The notes below the pieces were generated by a model. It was given only the letters and a program-made list of their open reading frames with translations, was not told the origin of the DNA and did no database searches. Positions 58,110 to 64,000 of a stretch of DNA of 64,000 bases are shown here, in pieces. Within the stretch, counting starts at the first letter, position 1. Each line of letters starts with the position of its first letter. This DNA is from Saprolegnia diclina VS20 (taxonomy: Eukaryota), in the NCBI RefSeq assembly GCF_000281045.1, contig NW_008246093.1:638561-702560 (forward strand). The letters run 5' to 3'. The position numbers and the translations under genes are program-made.

Positions 58110-59096
58110 ATGAACCTCTACCCTCAGACGACGTACGAGATCGACGCCGGCCGCGCGCTCAACCACGCCGACCTCCAGATCGACAACTGGTGCCACGAGA
58201 TCAAGTCGGCCTGCGCTGGCATCGGCACGGACGAGAACAAGCTCACGCAGGTCATCGGCACCAAGTCGGCCGTCCAGCGCCACCTCATCGCGCTCCGCTA
58301 CCCGGAGCTCCACAAGACGACGCTCCTCGCCGAGCTCAAGGGCGAGACGTCCGGCGACTACGGCAAGCTCCTCCAGCTCCTCGCCCAGCCCATCGAAGAG
58401 GCCGAGGCCCAGATCATCCGCGAAGCCACCAAGGGCGCCGGCACGTCCGAGAAGCTCCTCATCCCCGTGCTCTCGGGCCGCTCCAACGAAGAACTCAACA
58501 TCCTCAAGAAGGCCTTCTTCAAGAACTACCAGAACGACATGGTCGTCGTCCTCGCCGACGATCTCGGCGGTGACCTCAAGAAGTTCTACCTCTCGGTCGT
58601 CAACCAGATGCAGCAGACGTTCAACCCCGAGATCCACACGCAGGCCAAGGCCGTCGAGGTGGCCGAGATCATTTACAAGGCCGGTGAGGGCAAGTGGGGC
58701 ACGGACGAGGCGACGTTCTGCAACGCGATCTGCTCGATCCCGCCGCAGTTCATGCCGGCCGTCAACGCCGCGTACGTGGCCAAGCAAGGCCACACGCTCG
58801 AGCGTGCGATCGAAAAGGAGTTTGGCGGCAAGGCCAAGGAAGCGCTCCTCTACCACGTCGGCATGATCCTTCACCCGATCGAGACGATCGCGGTCCAGTT
58901 TGAAAAGACGATGAAGGGCATCGGCACCGACGAGTACGGTCTCTCGACGGCGCTTGTCCGCTACCAGCACTTTTTGCCGCAGGTCAAGCAGGCGTACCAG
59001 GCCAAGTACGGCTCGTCGCTCCGCGACCGTATCCACGGCGAGACGTCGGGCGACTACCGCGCGCTGCTTCTCACGATCCTCGAGCAGTCCAACTAA
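58110..59096 (+). CDS. Annexin 3
   Basis: Four annexin repeats with GxGT motifs and ETSGDY. Confidence 0.96.
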   Translation: MNLYPQTTYEIDAGRALNHADLQIDNWCHEIKSACAGIGTDENKLTQVIGTKSAVQRHLIALRYPELHKTTLLAELKGETSGDYGKLLQLLAQPIEEAEAQIIREATKGAGTSEKLLIPVLSGRSNEELNILKKAFFKNYQNDMVVVLADDLGGDLKKFYLSVVNQMQQTFNPEIHTQAKAVEVAEIIYKAGEGKWGTDEATFCNAICSIPPQFMPAVNAAYVAKQGHTLERAIEKEFGGKAKEALLYHVGMILHPIETIAVQFEKTMKGIGTDEYGLSTALVRYQHFLPQVKQAYQAKYGSSLRDRIHGETSGDYRALLLTILEQSN

Positions 59097-59287
59097 GTTG
59101 AATGGAATCTTATTTTTTGTCTTATTGTTCTGGTGGCGCTGCTGTCGGGAGAGGAAGGGCGCATCAAACGCCTTGGGTCTATCTCGATACTGTACCTGGG
59201 CAGGCTGACGGAGAGCTAAGAACTGAGTGCCTGGCGACCGGAAAGGCCGACATTGCCGTTTCACTTTGCACCGGTGCGCGACACAAG

Positions 59288-61294
59288 ATGGTGTCGTCAC
59301 CGTGGCGAGACACGTACGTGGCCGCCCGGCGTCTATCGTCGTGCGTCGCGGCGTTGGTGATGCTCTACATCGAAGTCACGGGCTCGATGGCGACGAAAGC
59401 CGCCTTGTACGGCGCCACAGCACCCGCCGAGCTCAGCAACGTATACTACAGTCCTCTCATTGGTCCATTCTTGCGTCTCGTGGCCTCCAACGCGAGTTAT
59501 TTGGCAGCGGTGGCACCGACCTCGCGCCTTGACGTGCTCTATATCGATCAAAATGAGTCGTTAGAGAACTTGGCCGTCTCGGCAACGTCCTGCGGGACGT
59601 ACCGTGAGACCGACGCCATGTACACTCGAAGCTTCTTGACGCCGCTCCTGCACGAGCTCCTCGATGCGCAGCGGTCGTGGCACGCGATCGACCTGCGCGA
59701 CCACGTTGTCGTCGTCGACTGCGCCTTCACGGGGCGGCTTCTCAACGACACGACAGCACTCAAGTTGCACTTGATCGATCGCACGCAGACCAACGTGACG
59801 ACCATCTTTCTCCAGACGATGTTGCTGACGCGACCGGCCAAGTGCATGACGCTCGGCGGCGGCCTCGTTAACGTTGTGACATCACCGATCCACAGCAAGG
59901 CGGGGCCGGCGACGTATTACCACCTCCTCGGTATTGAGTTTCCGTTCGTCATGGCGCCGTTCGAGCGTATTGCGCTGCAAAACCCAAAGGAGACACAATG
60001 GCGCGCGACAGTGCTTAGCTCGGGCGAGCGCGTCATCTTGTCGGGCACGGACGGGGTCTACCGCGCGTCACCCGCGCTCCAGGGCAACTATGACTACTAC
60101 CATTGGACGCTCCCAGACGACCCGAAGCGCTTCATGGAAGAAATCGCCTACATCGCAGAGCCGTACTCGGTCGACAGCTACGCGTGGGTGCGCTGCCTCC
60201 TCGGGTTGGGAGTCGCCTTCAACCTCTGCGCCAGCTGCGTCGTCGCGCTGCTCGTCGTCGTGCATTCGTGGCTTGCGCGGCGCGAGGTGTGGATACCGGA
60301 TCTATACCCCAGCATCCAGCGGCGCGTCCAGCTGCGGTCGCTCCTGCTCGTGGGTGCTACGATCTCGACCAACTACTGGCACATCTTTGAGTACTGTCTC
60401 CAGAACGGCAACGCGCGCGAAGGCATCAACCAAGGCTTTGTGCTGCACGACATGGTGCGCGCGGACGGTCTCACGTACCTCCTCGCGCTCGCGCTAACCC
60501 TCTCGGATCTCCTCCGGACACGCCTTTGCCTCGACGTCGTCGTCCTGCTGTACGTGGCCTGCTTGCACCAGCGGCTAACGCTGATAAACGCACTGCAGTG
60601 GCGCATGGACGAGACGAGAGCCTTCCTGGCCGCCAACTACGTCGACTGCATTGTGTCAGAACCTGGTGCGGCCATGACACAGTGGATGTACCACCGCAAT
60701 ACCGAGACGCCGAGCTTCCTCCTCGCGACCGAGCTCTCGTGGTTCGTCGTCGCCCTCGGCCTCACGCTACTCTACGGCGTCAGTGCCAAGGCGCTCAATC
60801 TGCCGTGTCGCCGGCGATCTTGGCGGCGACAGCCCGTGCGCATAGCCGTTGGAATCGCCAGGAGCGAAGAGCGCTCGCCACGGGTCGCTCACCAGCGTTG
60901 GTCGCGTCAGTCGTCGCTCTACTCATTCTCTAGCGACGCCGACAAGAGCGATGGGAGCTCCGTGTTCGAGCGCAGTGCGATGCAAGCGCTGGCCCGGACG
61001 TACGGTCTTGTTGCACCCCTCGATGAGTACGAGCTCTGCAGCGACAGTCGCAAAGTGACCTCGTCCTCGATCTGGCTTCTCGGCTACGTCATCCTCAAGG
61101 ACGAATTTGTCGTTGAACTCCGCGACTATGTTCGGATCTGGGCCAACCTTCTTTTGTCCCAGCGCGTCTTCCGCGTCTACTGCTTTCGGATTCAAGATCA
61201 TGACATGACAAGTATTCACAAGGAGCGCCTCCCGATGCAAGGCCTCGTCGCGCGCGATCTGATTCACCACATTTCCCTACGCCCCTTGCGCTAA
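59288..61294 (+). CDS. Uncharacterised multi-pass membrane protein, family member 5
   Basis: Motifs VDCAFTGRLLNDTTALKLH, DSYAWVRCLLG, WIPDLYPSIQRR, YGLVAPLDEY and SSIWLLGY. Confidence 0.87.
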   Translation: MVSSPWRDTYVAARRLSSCVAALVMLYIEVTGSMATKAALYGATAPAELSNVYYSPLIGPFLRLVASNASYLAAVAPTSRLDVLYIDQNESLENLAVSATSCGTYRETDAMYTRSFLTPLLHELLDAQRSWHAIDLRDHVVVVDCAFTGRLLNDTTALKLHLIDRTQTNVTTIFLQTMLLTRPAKCMTLGGGLVNVVTSPIHSKAGPATYYHLLGIEFPFVMAPFERIALQNPKETQWRATVLSSGERVILSGTDGVYRASPALQGNYDYYHWTLPDDPKRFMEEIAYIAEPYSVDSYAWVRCLLGLGVAFNLCASCVVALLVVVHSWLARREVWIPDLYPSIQRRVQLRSLLLVGATISTNYWHIFEYCLQNGNAREGINQGFVLHDMVRADGLTYLLALALTLSDLLRTRLCLDVVVLLYVACLHQRLTLINALQWRMDETRAFLAANYVDCIVSEPGAAMTQWMYHRNTETPSFLLATELSWFVVALGLTLLYGVSAKALNLPCRRRSWRRQPVRIAVGIARSEERSPRVAHQRWSRQSSLYSFSSDADKSDGSSVFERSAMQALARTYGLVAPLDEYELCSDSRKVTSSSIWLLGYVILKDEFVVELRDYVRIWANLLLSQRVFRVYCFRIQDHDMTSIHKERLPMQGLVARDLIHHISLRPLR

Positions 61295-61463
61295 TCCCAA
61301 AATCGCAATGTCAACCTGCAAAAATGAACATTCGATCGAAAGAGACGGACAAAATTGTCGGTGATTCCCACGGCCGTGCGTCACCATTCGACGCCAATTC
61401 TGCGAACATTTCGCGCTAAAATAGCCAATCGTGCTAATATTTATCAGCGAAACGGGTTTCAGG

Positions 61464-63416
61464 ATGCAGCGGCGATGCGTAGCGGCGTACGTACATTGTC
61501 GCCGCCTCCTCTGTTGCGCGGCCGCCTTCTTCGTCCTGTACGTTGAGGTCACGGGCTCCATGGCGACGCGGCAGGTGCTACTCGGTGCCGGCATGGACTT
61601 GATGCCGAGCCTCAACTACGAGAGCCCGCTTATCTTTCCCTTTCTCTCGGCCTTCCTCGCCAACCAAACAAATTGGCAGCCGTCCCAGACGCCCGGTCTC
61701 TCGTTCGTCTACCTCGATAGCACCGTGGACAACAGCGTCGTCTTGAACAACAGCGGCTGCCTCGCGCCAACGCCCGACGACGCGATGCTTGACCCGCCCT
61801 TTCTCACATTGCTCTTGCACAACCTGCTCGACAACCAGCGCGGATGGCACGCCATTAACCTTTCGCAGTACACGGTCCTCATCGACTGCACCTTTGACGG
61901 TCGGCGCGTCCACGACATCACGGCGCTCAAGGTCCACCTCTTGGACCCGGGGGGTGTCAACGTGACCACGATCGCGCTGCAGACCATGACGATCGATGGG
62001 CCGCAAAAGCATGTTGTGAGCGCGTGCGGTGCCGCGTCCATAGCGACAGCACCGCTGCGTGCGCTCGTGCAAGCCCCGACCTTGCCCCGCGCCACGTACC
62101 ACCTCCTCATCGGGATCGATTTCCCCTACCTTTTGGCGCCCTTTCAGCTGTTTACGGTGCGGGATCCGACGCCGTCCAACGGGCGCTGGACCGGCACGCT
62201 GTCGCCCACGCACGAAGAAGTTTTGGTCTACGGGTCCGTGGGCCTCTACCGAGGGGCGATGAACTCCCAAGGCAACTACGGCATGTACATCTGGGCAATG
62301 GACAACGACCCGAGAGCGTCTCTGTCTACGATTGCGTACTTCATTTCGCCCTTTTGCGTCGACAGCTACGCGTGGGTGCGCTGCCTCCTTGGCATGGGCG
62401 TCTCGCTCAACCTCTTTGTCAACATGTTTGTGTCGGTCGTGATCGTCTGCAACCGGTGGCGCTTCAGCCAAGTGCTCTGGATCCCCGATCTGTACCCGAG
62501 TATCCAGCGACGCATCCAGCTGCGCGCCATCTTGCTCCTCGGCGTCACAATTTCCAATGATTTTTGGCACATTTTTGAGTTTTGCCTCCAGCGCGGCAAC
62601 GCCCGGCTCGGCTTGAATTACGGCTTTGTGCTCGACGCGATGGTCCGCTCGGACGGCCTCACGTACGTGCTCTCGTTTGCGCTGACGCTTTGCGATCTGC
62701 TGCACACGCGTGTCTGCCTCGACGTCCTGGTCGTTATCTTTGCGAGCTGCTGGACCTTCCAAAGCGAGCTGCTTCATCTTTGCAAATGGAAGCTCACCGA
62801 GACGGACGAATTTATCCTCTCCAACTACGTTAGGGACATTGTACCGAACCCGAATGGGGTTATGGCCCTCTGGGCAGCCCATGAAAATGCGCGATCGCCG
62901 CTCTGCCTCTTTGTGACCGAGCTAACTTGGTTTTACATTGCACTGCTCCTCACCTCTATCTACGCAATCGTTGCGAAGCGCTTGGCGCCAGCGCGGGAGA
63001 CGCCCCAGCGAGTCCAGGTCGTCCCATATCTCTCACGCGAGCACATACCGCAGCGCCTCCGGTCCGATATATTCCAACTGGAGACGCATCTCGTTGGCAA
63101 ATTGCAAGGGATCGTGGCGCCAACCCTAACCACATATGTCGCCACGAGGGCAGAAGCGAGTGCAGTGCTGCCGGCCTCCAGCATCTGGCTCCTCGGGTAC
63201 CTCGTTGTCCGCGACACGTTTGTCATCGAGATCGCCGACTACCCTTGGTTATGTATCAACTTGATACTTCGCCGGCGGTATTTCTGCGTCTATGGCTTTT
63301 GCGTCATTGACGGCGCGTACACGAATTCGGATAAGACACTTCTCAACCTCGACGATCTCCGACTGTGGGACGTCGTGTGGCGGCTCTCGCTTCAGCCGCT
63401 TGCGCTCCGCCCGTAG
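61464..63416 (+). CDS. Uncharacterised multi-pass membrane protein, family member 6
   Basis: Motifs IDCTFDGRRVHDITALKVH, DSYAWVRCLLG, WIPDLYPSIQRR and SSIWLLGY. Confidence 0.87.
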   Translation: MQRRCVAAYVHCRRLLCCAAAFFVLYVEVTGSMATRQVLLGAGMDLMPSLNYESPLIFPFLSAFLANQTNWQPSQTPGLSFVYLDSTVDNSVVLNNSGCLAPTPDDAMLDPPFLTLLLHNLLDNQRGWHAINLSQYTVLIDCTFDGRRVHDITALKVHLLDPGGVNVTTIALQTMTIDGPQKHVVSACGAASIATAPLRALVQAPTLPRATYHLLIGIDFPYLLAPFQLFTVRDPTPSNGRWTGTLSPTHEEVLVYGSVGLYRGAMNSQGNYGMYIWAMDNDPRASLSTIAYFISPFCVDSYAWVRCLLGMGVSLNLFVNMFVSVVIVCNRWRFSQVLWIPDLYPSIQRRIQLRAILLLGVTISNDFWHIFEFCLQRGNARLGLNYGFVLDAMVRSDGLTYVLSFALTLCDLLHTRVCLDVLVVIFASCWTFQSELLHLCKWKLTETDEFILSNYVRDIVPNPNGVMALWAAHENARSPLCLFVTELTWFYIALLLTSIYAIVAKRLAPARETPQRVQVVPYLSREHIPQRLRSDIFQLETHLVGKLQGIVAPTLTTYVATRAEASAVLPASSIWLLGYLVVRDTFVIEIADYPWLCINLILRRRYFCVYGFCVIDGAYTNSDKTLLNLDDLRLWDVVWRLSLQPLALRP

Positions 63417-63595
63417 TCCCAAGTACTTGGAGAATTTGGCAGTTGGCTATTGAGGCTAATTTATGCATCGAGCTGAGTGCTGTCTCGCTAGTGTTTCAGC
63501 ACATCCCGCCTGAGACTGCGGGTCACCTCTTGGTCCTTTGGCGACCGTTGGCTGAGTTTCGATTCGAACAAAACGAATCGACAAATTTGGTGTTG

Positions 63596-63611
63596 CCATT
63601 TTGGAATTTCC
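63596..63611 (+). promoter_or_regulatory. INR+FPR-like element of annexin 4
   Basis: CCATTTTGGAATTTCC immediately before ATG 63612. Confidence 0.55.
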
Positions 63612-64000
63612 ATGCTCACCATCTACTCGAACGAGACGCATCGCGCAAGCCGCGGCGAGGCCGTGCCCCACGAGAGCCTCCAGATCGACAACTGGGTCTA
63701 CGAGATCAAGACGGCCTGCGCCGGCTTTGGCACGGACGAGGACAAGCTCAGCAACGCCCTCGCCACCAAGACTGCGAGCGAGCGCTACCTTATTTCCGCC
63801 CGGTACCCCGAGCTCCAACGCGTCTCGCTCCTCTCGGAAATGAAGAGCGAGGTCTCGGGCAGCTATGGCAAGCTGCTCCAGCTCCTCGCGCAGCCGCTCG
63901 AGGAGGCCGAGGCGCTCATCATTCGCGACGCGACCAAAGGCGCCGGCACGAACGAGAAGCTCGTCTACCCAGTCCTCGGTGGGCGCACGGCCGACGAGCT
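63612..64000 (+). CDS. Annexin 4, more divergent, 3'-partial (not in the ORF track)
   Basis: MLTIYSNETH...QIDNWVYEIKTACAGFGTDEDKL...EVSGSYGKLLQLLAQPLEEAEA.IIRDATKGAGTNEKL; the frame is open to the window end. Confidence 0.92.
   Translation, partial: MLTIYSNETHRASRGEAVPHESLQIDNWVYEIKTACAGFGTDEDKLSNALATKTASERYLISARYPELQRVSLLSEMKSEVSGSYGKLLQLLAQPLEEAEALIIRDATKGAGTNEKLVYPVLGGRTADE

Overview
Eukaryotic genomic DNA with high GC and compact genes. It is almost certainly an oomycete and probably a Saprolegniales species. Evidence: 35-55 nt GT-AG introns, INR+FPR core promoters, a mitochondrial FtsZ, TKL kinases and lineage-typical ankyrin expansions. The window holds 6 ankyrin-repeat genes, 2 intronless RarD-like and 2 intron-rich EamA/DMT transporters, Rpn9, a PKA regulatory subunit, mitochondrial FtsZ, a thioredoxin-UIM-UBA-PUB protein, BLOC1S1, a PDZ/coiled-coil protein and an LRR-type TKL receptor kinase. 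It also holds three tandem TKL pseudokinases with predicted N-terminal acylation, and a ~26 kb cluster (38-64 kb) in which six paralogs of an uncharacterised ~670 aa multi-pass membrane protein are interleaved with four annexins, two of which form a near-perfect head-to-head palindrome. Non-coding features: a solo-LTR-like repeat family (3 copies) carrying a covarying multi-stem structure, two RTE-like LINE 3' fragments, small tandem repeats and two assembly gaps. The most promising candidate systems are the membrane-protein/annexin cluster, the pseudokinase triplet with the nearby receptor kinase, and the structured element in the LTR-like repeat. Exon models were built by eye and no database searches were run.
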